A DNA stretch of 62,164 bases, filler included, from Trypethelium eluteriae (lineage: Eukaryota), in assembly GCA_051942245.1 (NCBI GenBank). It is 4 parts of 4 records of this genome, joined end to end, with 100 filler letters (N's around TTAATTAATTAA, not from the genome) between each part and the next. Parts side by side here need not be neighbours in the genome. Positions count along the whole stretch, not along the records: positions 46,744 to 62,164 come from JAVECL010000650.1; 3 more parts are not named here. The stretch is one strand, 5' to 3'. Shown here piece by piece: positions 48,121-60,020 of the stretch. The notes beneath the pieces are model-generated. The model was not told the origin of the DNA. It made no database searches and saw only the letters and a program-made list of their open reading frames with translations. The translations under genes and the position numbers were made by a program. Every line of letters starts with the position of its first letter. Position 1 is the stretch's first letter.

Positions 48121-50485
48121 TCATTGCCCCATAGCCGGTGGAGGGGGTTCCGGCGTGCCTGCATGCTTCCTACGACTGAAGAGGCCTCTCGTACGGGATT
48201 TCTCACGCGGCTTCTTTTCTTTCTCCTTGATTTCCTTCTTCGACACAGAGCGACCCCGACCACGACCCTGGCGCTCGGGAGGATCGTCCATGTATTTGTC
48301 CTTGTAGATCCTGTTATGGGAACGTTAGCATCTCTTGCCGTTTTCCCCCCATTGCACTGCGCTTCACACAAGAGAAGAACTGTACATTAAAAGAGAGCAC
48401 GTACCAGCTATTTCCCGCCATACTCATCCCCCGCGCCTCCGCCATTCGATAGAACCTTGCCGCCTTCTTCAAGTCCTTCCTACACCCCACCCCCTCTGTA
48501 TAACAGAAGCCCGCCTCCGCCAACGCATCCACATCCCCCCAGCTCCCCGCGATCTCGAAACAGCGCAGGGCCAGGCTCCGATCCTGCGCAATGCCCCACC
48601 CGTTCATGTAGCTGACCCCGAGCTCGTAGATGCTCAGCGCAAACTGCGCCTTGCGCGTCTTCGACTCGGTATAGTCGGTAGCGGTGCCTGAGGATAGAGC
48701 GGTGTCGTCGGCGACCTCGAGCGAGGCGCTGTCGACAGCTTTGCGCAGCCATCGGACGCCTTCCTCCTGTGACGGACGCATGCCCCAGCCGTGGCGGCAG
48801 GCCAGTGCGTAGAGGAGCATCGCTGTCGGGAGGCCGGCGTGGGCGGCGAGGCGTAGGTGGTAGGTGGATTCTTTGAGGAAGCCGTCCGAGTGGAGCTGGA
48901 TGCCTTTATCGAGATGTTCTTGCGGGGTGAGATCGGCAGCCGCTGGCCGAGAGCCATGCGTGTGCGGTTTGACGGTGCTAGTGGAAGAGACAGAGGGGGC
49001 TGTGACGGAAGGGGCCGAGGGGTTGGTGCGGTGCGAGCTTCGCCGGGGAGGGAAGGCTGCATGATCGTCGGCGGATTGGCTTCGAATGGGGTTTATGCCC
49101 GCTTGGAGTTGGACGGGAATGGGATGGGGTGAATAGGCACGGCCTATGGGCGTCGAAGGTACGGATTGAGTTTCAACATTTGCAGCGTCGAATTGAAAAT
49201 GGTGGAGCCAGGAGTTTCGGAGATGGTTTACCGAGTCGCGTTCTACGGTCCTTCCACGGGGTAGCGAGTATTTTGCGTAAATGTAGGAGGGAGCAGGTCC
49301 ACCTCCAGCAAAATAGTCGTCTACACTCGCATTGCTCATTGGGGTCTGCACATTTTGGTCCAGATGTGAAGTAGCTGAGCCCGTCCCAGAGTCCTGTCTC
49401 AGAGGCGAGTCAACGGATGGTCTTGTGTCGGTGGAAGGCATGGTTTCCAAAGATGGTCTCGTGTAAGAGCTTGCATTAGAGCCTTGCCTTAGTGGCGTAT
49501 CCATTGTTGTAGGCTTATTCATCCCAGACCGACTGATGGGTCTCGAAAAATTGATACCTCCTCGGGGCACCCGCGTCCCGCCTATGGAGTATTCAGAATT
49601 AACAGAGGGCGGTCGCTGGGTGGCTCCTGTATAGGGAGACTGCGGTTGCGAGCCCGAAAAGGCACTGCTCCCAGATAACTTTCTTGGGCGAAAGTAGTCA
49701 GAGTCAGAGATTGATCGATTATCGTAGTCGTCACCAGAATCTTGCGGTACGGATCGGATACTGGAGGTACTCCGAGCTGGTCGAGCTTGTGGTGAATACG
49801 TTGGTGCCAGTCTTACCGGGCCAGTTCCTCGAGTGCTGGTCGTCGAAGAGGTGAGACCCCGTTGCCTAAGAGGTAGGCTTGTATATGAATCCCCACTCTG
49901 TTGGCCAGCCTCTGATGGAGGCGTTGCTTGCTGGACTACGTAGCGTGGGTCGATCGCTTCGGGAGAGGACGACCTCGGGAGGTCAAAATAATCCACTGGT
50001 GGTGTCGTGTTGCTTGAAGATGGCGCCGTATTTTGCCTAACCAATCTCTTTTGCTGTTCTGGCTGGTTCTGTAGTAGTGGATATTGTGAAATTGGACGAA
50101 TCTGCTGAGAGGCCAAGGTTGGACTCAGGCCCGACGGGATCGCATCACTCCGACTTTCCCCTCTATCTGCTCGGGGCTCCGACTGGACACTCATTGGGCT
50201 TCCCATGCCTCCTGAATCTGCGCGTGAAAATCCAGGTCTTGGCCTCCCAAACTCGTTTGCTATATCCAAATGCGGCAACCTGCTGATCCTCCGGCCATTT
50301 GTTTGCTTCTCTTCGAATCTCTTTGCCAGCATGCGAGACGCCATGGCGAAAGCGTCGAGGGGGGAAAGAGCCGGGGGGACCTCCCCTGTTCGGGGAGAGG
50401 GGAGGTCGCCAAGGTGCACATTTGGTCGCGGCAGATCGTTTGAGGACGCAGACCTCAGGTCGATGAAGTCGGGTCGTTTAGACAT
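48121..50485 (-). CDS. Sel1-repeat protein, Nif1/Dsf2-like
   Basis: Long Ser/Pro-rich N-terminus, then ESTYHLRLAA, MLLYALACRHGWG, YELGVSYMNGWG, WGDVDALAEAGFCY. The last exon WIYKDKY...MGQ* ends at 48121. Confidence 0.85.
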
Positions 50486-51745
50486 GGCCGTCGAGACCGA
50501 AGAGACCTAGTAAACGAACAGCCAAGGACTTGCAATTCCGGCATGTGAAACAAGATGAGCGGGGGTGCAGGAAGAAGCGAGTTCTTGTAGAGAACAGGAC
50601 GTTGCCGCAAGATGCTCTTAGTGAATAACAATCCAGGCGTTCGTAAGTTTCGACTAGGATAGCATCAATGTACGAAAGTGTCGCTGAGACCGAGGCGTGA
50701 AGGATCCTCCGAAGCGGCGTAGCTGTGAGGCAATCGGCGTGGGGGGCCACGGGGGATGAGTAGAGGGAGAATGGTATTGCGTGGATATGCTCAAAGGGAC
50801 AGACAGGTTGAAGAGAAGGGTGGGCAAAAGAGTGACTGTGAGGGTCGGACCTAGCATGTAGGCAGAGGGTAGATGAGGGAGGGAGGTGTTGCTGTTGCAA
50901 ATGTCCAAGGGGTTTCAAGTCTTGGCGTCGATGGCGATGGCGCAGGCGCAGGCGCAGGGATCCTCCACAGAAGGCACGGAAGGGCAATATTACACGGGCA
51001 CGATGCTAGCACCCGCACGTTAATGCTCCAGATGAAATTCATCTCAGCCTAGCTCTGGCCATGGCGAATCACGCCCGTCTCACCACATGCCCTGCATTCG
51101 AGTGGCATCGTGTCAGGGGCCACGATCGTTTCCAACATCCCGAACCATGCTCACGCTTTCAGACCTGCAGGTGAATGACGCACCATTTCATGCCTTACTT
51201 ACCTCGCACACTATCAATAGTCCATCCACGAAACAGTTCATCGCAATCGCCCAAGCTCCGGCACATGTTCTAACTTCGCTCTGCTGGAAACTCTGCGTCC
51301 TACTCAGAACAATCGATTACAATGATCAAGGCATCTCTACATCAACATCGGCTGGCCGAACAATCCTCCCGCCTGCTAGTCAGATCGGCAAACTTCTTCA
51401 GCCTTACCAAGCACGCCAGCACCTCAAATCTGCCGGCGCAACCCTCCGCCGTTTTGGGGTCCTCCCGGCGCCTGTCTCACCTCTCCTCACTCTCGGCCCC
51501 TAGATTATCCAGGGTTAAGTGTATACGAGCTCCGCGTTCGAAATTAGAGTTCCATTCAAGTCAGACTAGAAGAAGATGCTTCCGAGAATATATTCTAGTC
51601 TCATCGTATCGTAAGTATCTCTATGAGGAGAGTCGTATGTAAGAATAACACAGTTGCGGAAATGAGTAGAGGTCCCCAGGCGCCGCAGGTGGATCGCCCT
51701 GTAGGGAAGATCATCAAATTCTCCGTCCAATCGGATCGCTTGCAG

Positions 51746-53270
51746 TCATGCTGTGCCTTCCACCTTCTCCCATTGCCCAGAGTGAGCTTCATCTTCAGAT
51801 GAGGCTGTCTCAGCTCCTCGGTCATTATTAGTATGGTTGCCCATCTTGCGAATCCCTAACATCCATTGCACAAGGCCAGCTGGAACCCAGTTGCCAACAA
51901 ATTCGTATGCCATGCTGCCTCGGCCAACTCTCCAAATCTGCCTTGGCCCTTTCTGGACAAGCGCGTCGAATACCGCATTGTATAGCTCGCGTGGCGGACT
52001 GCCTCTGCTTGCGTCTGAGCTGTGGCTAATGAAATTGCGTCCGTATGTCGCTTGAGCTGATGTGGGCCACGTGCGCACAGCAGTCCCTGGTATCCTTTGG
52101 ACATGTTGTCGTCCACCAATACTTGACAGGTCGAAATTTCCGAGCTTGAGATGGCAGACATGGATGCCAAGAGTTGCTAGCTCGCTAGCTAGAGAGTATG
52201 TGAACCCCTCTAATGCGCCAATTACGGCCGATTCCACGCTGTGGAAAGGCGACTTCATGGAAGAGGTGACATTTGGTGTCAGCATGATTACGCGTGCCCG
52301 AAAATCAGTGAGAACCTGGAGGAAAGCTTGGGCTGTGTAAATCGTGCCGAGAACCTTTATGTTCATCGCATCCGCCCACTCTGCAGGTTCTATCGTTACT
52401 GCGGGCCCAATAGGGTAGTCGAGATCTGGCGCAATTACCAACCCAGCCAGATTCAGTTTATGAGGTGTTGCGCCGACAATTGCATGATGTGGATTCAGGA
52501 GTAGTCGACTGAACCGTTCCATTGCATCTTCTGCAGAAGCTGGCTGTAGCAAATTAGTCAGCTCGCAGCTCAAAGTGTTAAGAGCTAGAAAGAAGAGTGG
52601 GCGGTAAGATCCTGAGCAGAACCTCCAGATACATCCAAAAACCTCTCGCTCTAGTCAATGGGTCGACATACCTCAGTGATATCCATATACAACGGCCGGA
52701 TATCAAGCCTTCCATTCTCCTGCACTTTCAGCTCATCTTGCGGACTGCCCACGACCACGTACACCACGAAACCCCTTCGCTCCAAGTCCGCGGCCAATCC
52801 CTTTACCATCGGACTCTCCGCTGGCCCAGCAACAACCACCACCTCGCTTCTCGCACCATTGCTTGCCTTCTTCGCCCGCCGCTTCTTCACATAAGCCCGT
52901 TTCTGTCGATACAATAACAATGCGCTTGTTCCGAAGAATGCGACTAGGGCTGCGGTGATGGCACGGTGCCGTGAAACCCAGCGCTGGAGGTGTTGGAGAG
53001 ATGTGGAAGGGCCAAAGAACGGGAGCCGAGGAGGTGGTGGAGGAGGGGGAGGGAGAGGCGCAGGACGGCCGGAGAGATGGCCCCAGGCATCGTTGACGCG
53101 GATGGCGGCGTCCTTGAGGCTATCGGCGACGAAGTCGATGTGCCGATCAAGCGCGTCAGCGACGTCGTTAACCTGCATCAGGAAATGGAGTGTTAGTGAC
53201 GAGCGTGTGGAAATGGAGATGGAGAAGAGGCGTATACGTAGTCGAGGAGTTGTTGAGCTTCGTTAGACAT
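51746..53270 (-). CDS. DUF1776 family SDR/Rossmann-like membrane-anchored protein (Ysc83-like)
   Basis: Three exons from MSNEAQQLLDY. TM segment followed by KKRRAKKASNGARSEVVVVAG, LAADLERRGFVVY, RVGRGSMAYEFVGNWVPAGLV. Confidence 0.8.
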
Positions 53271-53843
53271 AGTGTGAAGATGGAAGGCTGCCGAAGCTCT
53301 GGATAACTACCTAGGTCGTAACTATGGAAGTATGATTGACGTGGGATGAAGCAGTCACTGCAGCACTTGTTTGCAATGACCCCACCTCCCATTCGCTACA
53401 TGTACCCAGTACCGGCGTACCTTTAGAACACGAAGATCTGCATAACACTTGTGCACAGACCAAATACTTATAAATCCCTGTCCGCGTCATTTTTCTATGT
53501 CCAGTCTGGTCTTGACTTGACCTGCATACCTAGAGTATATCATTTCGCCAACTAAGCGTGTAGTGAGATTACGGGACTCTTCTACGGAAATGTGGTCCCT
53601 TGCTTCATGGGAGGCGGTTTCTCTGTAAGACTCCTAATTTTGTGATTCCTAAAATATCCTCTTTCCTTCAACTCCCCAGGCTATCACATATACGCGTACA
53701 ATTTGGCCACAGTGACTACGCAAGCTTCTCGTCCTTCAAGATCAATTCAGAAGCATTTCCATCCTCGATTCACTCCGATACCGATACACCTCCTGCCATT
53801 TCAACATCTCTGTTCATTCTCTACATTGGAAACCTGTGGGCAG

Positions 53844-55443
53844 ATGAGTGGCTCTGGTCGAAACCGAAGGCGTCGTGGCGTTGGTGACGAGCACGAAAGG
53901 ACTTATGCCAATGTCAAAGAAATCGACTCTCATTTCGGTTGCTATGAACACCTCCGTAGTCTGCCGAGAGCTCCAGAAGCGCTGGAGAAACTAAGGAAAA
54001 TCGCATCTCTCGTCAAGCCTATTATGAGGAAACGTGGCTGGCGGATAGGTGCATTGACAGAATTTCTTCCAGATGACACTAGACTCTTAGGTAGGACATT
54101 CCTTTTTAGAGCGGCACTCAAGTCTACAAATCGTTCTGATTCTTCGTTGCAGGGCTGAACATCAACAAAACGGACAAGATCTGCATTCGTCTTCGGTATA
54201 CGCCTGATCCTTCTCAATTCCTCCCCATAGAGACCGTTGTAGATACCATGCTGCACGAGTAAGTCCTTTCACACTGCACGGTAGAAGAGCTACCTAACGT
54301 TATTGCAGATTGTCGCACGTGGTTCATGGCCCCCACGATGATAAATTCCATGCATTATGGAACGAGCTTCGGGACGACCACTATTCATTATCTATGAAGG
54401 GTTATACTGGCGAAGGCTTCCTTGGGCAAGGCCGTAAGCTCGGCGGTAGGCGCATGCCGCTGTCAGAAATGAGCCGACAAGCTCGCGCAAGTGCAGCAGA
54501 GAAGCGCAATACATTAAGCAAAGACGCAGATGGACGACGACTTGGCGGCGCGCCAGTGATGAGAGGCGCAGACATGCGGCGAGTCATTGCAGATGCTGCA
54601 ATCCGGCGGGCAACCATCACGCAAGGATGCGCGTCAGGGATGAAGGGGAGTCAGAAACTCGCCGATCAGGCATCCAGGAATGGGTTCCGGACGAAGGCAG
54701 AAGAGGATGATGCAAATGATCGTGCGATAGTCCAAGCGCTGATGGAGCTCATGGAGGAAGAAGAGAGTCGACGGCTCGATGATTCGACTGCTGTCAGTCA
54801 CGAGAGAGGTGGTCTAGGGTGGAGTCCTGAAACGGGATTGTATATCGAAGATGATGACGAGGACATCGACACTGGAGGTCAGCAAGATAAGCTGATGGGA
54901 GCGGATCTTGCTCCGCGAAGCAACCATACGACGATGTCGGAGAAGCAGAGCAAAGACCCTGTGGCTCGAAACGGTCGTCCCGTGTCCAGATTAGTTCTCG
55001 AAGCGGAGGCCAGTGCAGCCAAAGGAAGACGTCCTACAGCAACCCCGGCCAGCGAGCCGCGAATCTCACTTAGTGAAGACAGCAGGTCTACTCGAAACGC
55101 ACGAGGACCCCCACCACCAGGGCATTTGGCTCAAGCCACAGCAGTAGACGTTTCGGGAAGTTTAGACAACTGGACCTGCCCAGTCTGCACATTGGAGAAT
55201 CCGATGCAGTATCTCTGCTGCGACGCATGTGGCATCGAGCGGCCGAGCTCGCTTGCAGAAAGTTCTAGCATTCGTCAAGGAACGTTAGATGGACGACTGT
55301 CAGCTAATGCAGGTCAGTCTGCGGAAGTCCGACCGACGATCCGCTCCTCTTCCATTGGCTGGACCTGCAGGAGGTGTGGACTTTTCATGGAAGACAAATG
55401 GTGGACATGTGCCCAATGCGGTACCATGAAGGCATCGTCGTAA
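53844..55443 (+). CDS. WSS1: WLM-domain metalloprotease Wss1 with RanBP2-type zinc fingers
   Basis: IASLVKPIMRKRGW, LLGLN, spliced MLHE/LSHVVHGPHD (HExxH), WTCPVCTLEN..CDAC and WTCRRC..WWTCAQCG. The start codon is tentative. Confidence 0.9.
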
Positions 55444-55802
55444 TTCAGGCCTTCATACATTGCGTGTAACAATGCGACTCGTCGGACGATAGTTGGTCGG
55501 CAAGACGTGAGGCGTTCCAGTGATAGGACATGCCCGAACTTCGGCAGGCCCAGTGGCTGCATTGCATGGCATAAGCAGTGCTTATCCTAGTAACAGCGAG
55601 CATGATGTGTGGTTCGAACAGCCGAGAAGACTAAACTTTATGATGTCTATGATGCTTTGTTTTCCTGGTTCCCCACGGGAGATCATTCTGCAAGTCATAC
55701 AGCCGCACGTCCAAACGGTGCGCATTTAGTGTGCATAAGGCAGCAAGTGACCTGCATGCTAAAGGGTATCAATAGATGTCTCTCATGATCAGTGAATAGG
55801 CT

Positions 55803-56608
55803 TCATCTGCGCCTCCAGCCAGCGTGCCGTCTGCCTCTGCCTCTCCATTTGTTCGGAGGTCCAGCCTGATCTTGGCCTCGTTCAAATTCCCGTTCTTGCT
55901 CCTCCTGCAACTTCGCCTGTCTTGCCAGTAGTTCCTGCTCCTTCTGCTCCGCAGTTTTGATTATCCGGACTTCAGGCTTCTTCAGATCTTCCGGGAAGCG
56001 GGGATGTGCCCCTTCTTCGCATCCCTTCCCATTGGGACAGAAACCAGCCAAGTAGAAGCGGCATATAGATGTTCTACGTACGTGCTTGTTCGCACAGTGT
56101 GGACCTAGGGGGCAAAAGCCGCGCTCGTAATGAGGACATGACGGTCGTTTTAGGTCGCTATCGAGATGCAGATATAGGCAGTCGTCCGCATTTTTGGGGC
56201 AGGTACCGTCTCGAGCCCAATAGGTGCATTCGGGCATGCCGCGAATGTTGTACTCGTGCAGGTATTCGCATGTGTCGCCTTTCTTGCACAGGCCTCGAAC
56301 CCAGTGTTTGCATACGAGACTATAGATGCTGGAGCATTAGCGACTGCGGAGAATACTCGTATCTGTGCAACTCACTTGGGATAGACAGCGGAAACGGGAT
56401 GTCTGTCGGGACACTCATTCCCAAGTGGGCAATGACCCTTGGCATGAGCTGAACATATCGGGCGGGCTGGATCTATGCCGAATCTGTATTCTCGTCGAAG
56501 AAAGTCGCTGAAGCCAAAGTTGAAAGCCGGCTCTGGTCCTGATTCCGGGACGGAATCCCTGGGCAGACCGTTAGTTGCTGTGGCCCCATGCTGAACTTCA
56601 ACCGCCAT
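55803..56608 (-). CDS. YTH1: mRNA 3'-end processing factor Yth1/CPSF30 (CCCH zinc fingers)
   Basis: FSDFLRREYRFG, then after the intron LVCKHWVRGLCKKGDTCEYLHEYNIRGMPEC, CPHYERGFCPLGP, CRFYLAGFCPNG. Confidence 0.93.
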
Positions 56609-58080
56609 AGGGAAGTGGCAGAGTCTTGAGGGCCAGGAGAGGGCCAGTAGAACGCCACGCCACCAGATGCACGATACGAGCTCGTATTGAAGTGGGGGAT
56701 GAGGGGGACAGAGCTGGGTGAGCTGGGTTCTGGAACTGGTGCACTGGATTCTGGAGCTGAAATTCTGGGGTAGGGAGCCACCTGTGGCGCTCAGGGCATG
56801 GGATTGATAAGAGAGGGGTGGCCAGGGGTGGCTCAATGGAAAGTTCAAGAACGCAGTGCAGATCGATCAGGGCCTCAGGGTTCTGCACCAACAGCAAAAT
56901 CACCTCGGCCGCTCCCCGCTAGCACTCATATTGCAGTGTCAGGGTTGATGAGCGTCGTGGTCAGGGTGGTGAGGATGGGCGGTGAAAAAACAAGTTGCGC
57001 CTCTTGTCCATGATGGAGCCGGCAGGGATCACTTTGGTGAGGGCCTCATGCTCGACCTCATGCCTGGGCTCTTGCTGATGCAGTATCACCTACTCAACTG
57101 CAGCTGCTGGGACTGTGACGGCCTCACGGATCCTGTTTGATGCAGCGTCCACGAGGGAACAGCTAGTTTTGGGGCCAGATGATTGGCACCTGGCTGACAA
57201 CGTCATAGTGTACCGACGCTCTCGAGAACATTGCTCTTTCGGAGACACCATTCCAGGACTACGAGAAGGACCCGTTGCATGCAATAGCTTGCGAGCGATC
57301 GTGAGCCGGCGACGAAGCTACTGCACCATCATCGCCTGGCGGGACAGCAAACACATCTCTCGAGCCGTCCTTGGAACGGTGTCGCCCTCTCCCCACAGCT
57401 TGCCAAGCGCCGCTCCATTGACCATCATCCTGCAAGTTCGCGATACTGATGATCCCGTCCTGGTCCTGGACGACGTTGGCTTCTAGGCATGTGCGCCAGC
57501 GCAGATCCCCACGCGCCACTTGTCCAGCCTGTTCAACAAGAGCTCTGGATTCCTTCCGAGTTCGCAAATCGATCGCGATGAGGGATCACGCTCATACGAA
57601 CCCAAAGCGACTGAAGCACTCTGTTCTGGGAGAAGCCCATGCCTACCTCTTCGGCTTGGGGTCTACCCCTGAGCCTTTATAGAAGCGTGCCTATAAAGCC
57701 TCTGGTCTCTTACGAGTCACTCACTATTGGCAGGATAGACCCAGCCGCGTGGGCAGTATTCGCGTGCATATCCGGGGTCTGTCCCGTTGCAGCACGGCGT
57801 ATTGTGGGTGTCGTCTGGTCTTCAGTTCATCTTTGTCAGAAGGACATATATGTTCAGTGACCTTCTATAAGCAATTCCTCTCCTGATCCCAGTCCTCAAT
57901 CTTACTACCGTCCATAGCCTCAGTCAATATCAGGGCTACAGTCATGCATTGTCACGGTGCCCTTTTTCCTTATTAAACGTGATTTCAGGAATATTTTCCA
58001 TTATCACTCGGCGTCAAGAGTGTCACAGGCTTCGGCATAGCGGCACTTGCCTTTTCCTGAGTCTTAGCTCTTGCCCTTCA

Positions 58081-59374
58081 ATGTTGCCTCCATCCATGAT
58101 GAACGGTAGGATGGCTGGAGCATTCGGGCCTCGACGGCCTTCCTGGATCGAGCAAAGTGAAGCACAGCGTTTCTCTCGTCATCAATCTAGCATGGCGCCA
58201 TTGAATCCGCCACCGGCAGTAAACATGTACATCAACGCCGTCTATTATCCCAATTGGAGCTTCTACAAGGGAGTCCTACCCTCGTCGCTGAACATTGGCG
58301 CCATTTCACATGTTTTCTATGCCTTTGCCTGGGTAAAACCAGATGGTACCGTCTACGTGAGTCCTCTGTAATAACTTTCCTTGGCTCCCTTTAACACTAA
58401 ATTCCAATGAAGCTAAGCGATGAGTGGGCCGACGCTCGGGTTCCTGTTGATGGTACATACGGATGTCTTCGCTCTTTGGTTCGGCTCAAACAGCAACGGC
58501 ATTCGCTGAAGATTCTCTTATCGATTGGCGGCGCTGGGAACGGTAGTGAGAACTTTGCGACTGTGGCTCACGATAACATGGCTAGAAACACCTTTGCGCG
58601 CACTGCTAGGGAGCTATGCCTTACTTACAATTTGGACGGAATCGACAGTCAGTTCGAAAATTTTTGAAGTCTGTGGAAGATACTGACATTCAAGAAGTTG
58701 ACTGGGAATATCCAACAGACTCTACACAAGGTCATGACTACATCAACCTGCTTGCAATCGTTCGATCATATCTTCCAAGGCCTCGCTTCACGATTACATC
58801 GGCTCTTCCGGCTGGGCAATGGGCATTGAGGAACATAAACTTGGCCGTTGCACATGAATACTTGGATTTAATCTGCTTAATGGCCTACGACTTCTCCGGG
58901 CCATGGACCGAGAGCACCGGACACCAGGCGCAATTACACAATGTCAGCAGAGCATCAAACGAACATTCTGGCATTTCTTGTCACACCGGGGTCTCGTATC
59001 TCATCAGCCAACGCGTCCCTGAGCACAAGATCTTGCTCGGCATCCCTGCCTACGGGCGGTCATTTCTGGGTGCAAACTACATCGACCAGAAATATTCGGG
59101 TCAAGGTGGCGAAGAAGGTTGCTTTCAGTTCAAAAACTTACCACGCCCTGGCACAACGGAGGCCGTAGATGCTACTTGTGGAGCTGCCTTCTGCTCTGGA
59201 GGTGACGGGGGCTTCGTAACATATGATAACCCGGAGACAGTAAAACTCAAAGCACGATACGTAAAGCAATCTGGACTTGCAGGTCTGTTTTATTGGTCGG
59301 TGTTAGGTGATGCTGGTGGTAAAAGAAGCCTTTTATACACCGGTTTCCAGGCCCTGCATGCCATCGATTTCTGA
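58081..59374 (+). CDS. GH18 chitinase (subgroup A-like), no signal peptide
   Basis: AVYYPNW, SHVFYAFA, LSIGG, spliced DGIDI/DWEYP (DxDxE intact), MAYDFSG, GLAGLFYW. The start is uncertain (58081, 58192 or 58225). Confidence 0.9.
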
Positions 59375-60020
59375 GCGTGGCACAAGATCCCGAAATTTGG
59401 CACAGAATGTCTTCGCAGTTTAATGGTTCGAGTGGAGTCGTGGATTATGCAAAATTCGCTGAATTTTCGTCAGTTTCAAAGAGCCAGGGAAAGCCAGACG
59501 GCGACAGAACCTGCATACACACCTCGATACACCATGTACGATCGTTTCTAAACACGATGGGAGGAATCTTTCGCGATGGAGAATTTCGGTAGCCTTCGCT
59601 TATTGCCTGTTGAAAGGGCTGCAAGCGTTCATTGTTGACTCTCGTTTCTTTATAATAGTCTATCTTAATTCCATCTGAAATTATTGGTGCTCGTGTTGTG
59701 AAGTTATGGACCCATAAACGCTTCTATGATCAGTGTATTTTCAACGAAAATTGGAAAATATCCTTTATAGGGACACTTTTTAGAAAGTGAGGTTTCAACT
59801 TCTGAGGTTGTATCGTAAAATCCGCGGGGAAAAGCTACCTATACGATACCGACATGCTCCCTCTTATAGAGTATACAGAAGTTTAGAGCTATCTGCTGTC
59901 CACGATCCGGTGTTTCAGTCCGCCGAATAGTAAGCTTTGAGCGAACCCATTATCCTGGTCGGGGAACCTGGAGGTAGCGTCTTCTCTTTCAAGACTATAT
60001 CACGTCTTGGTATTGCCTTC

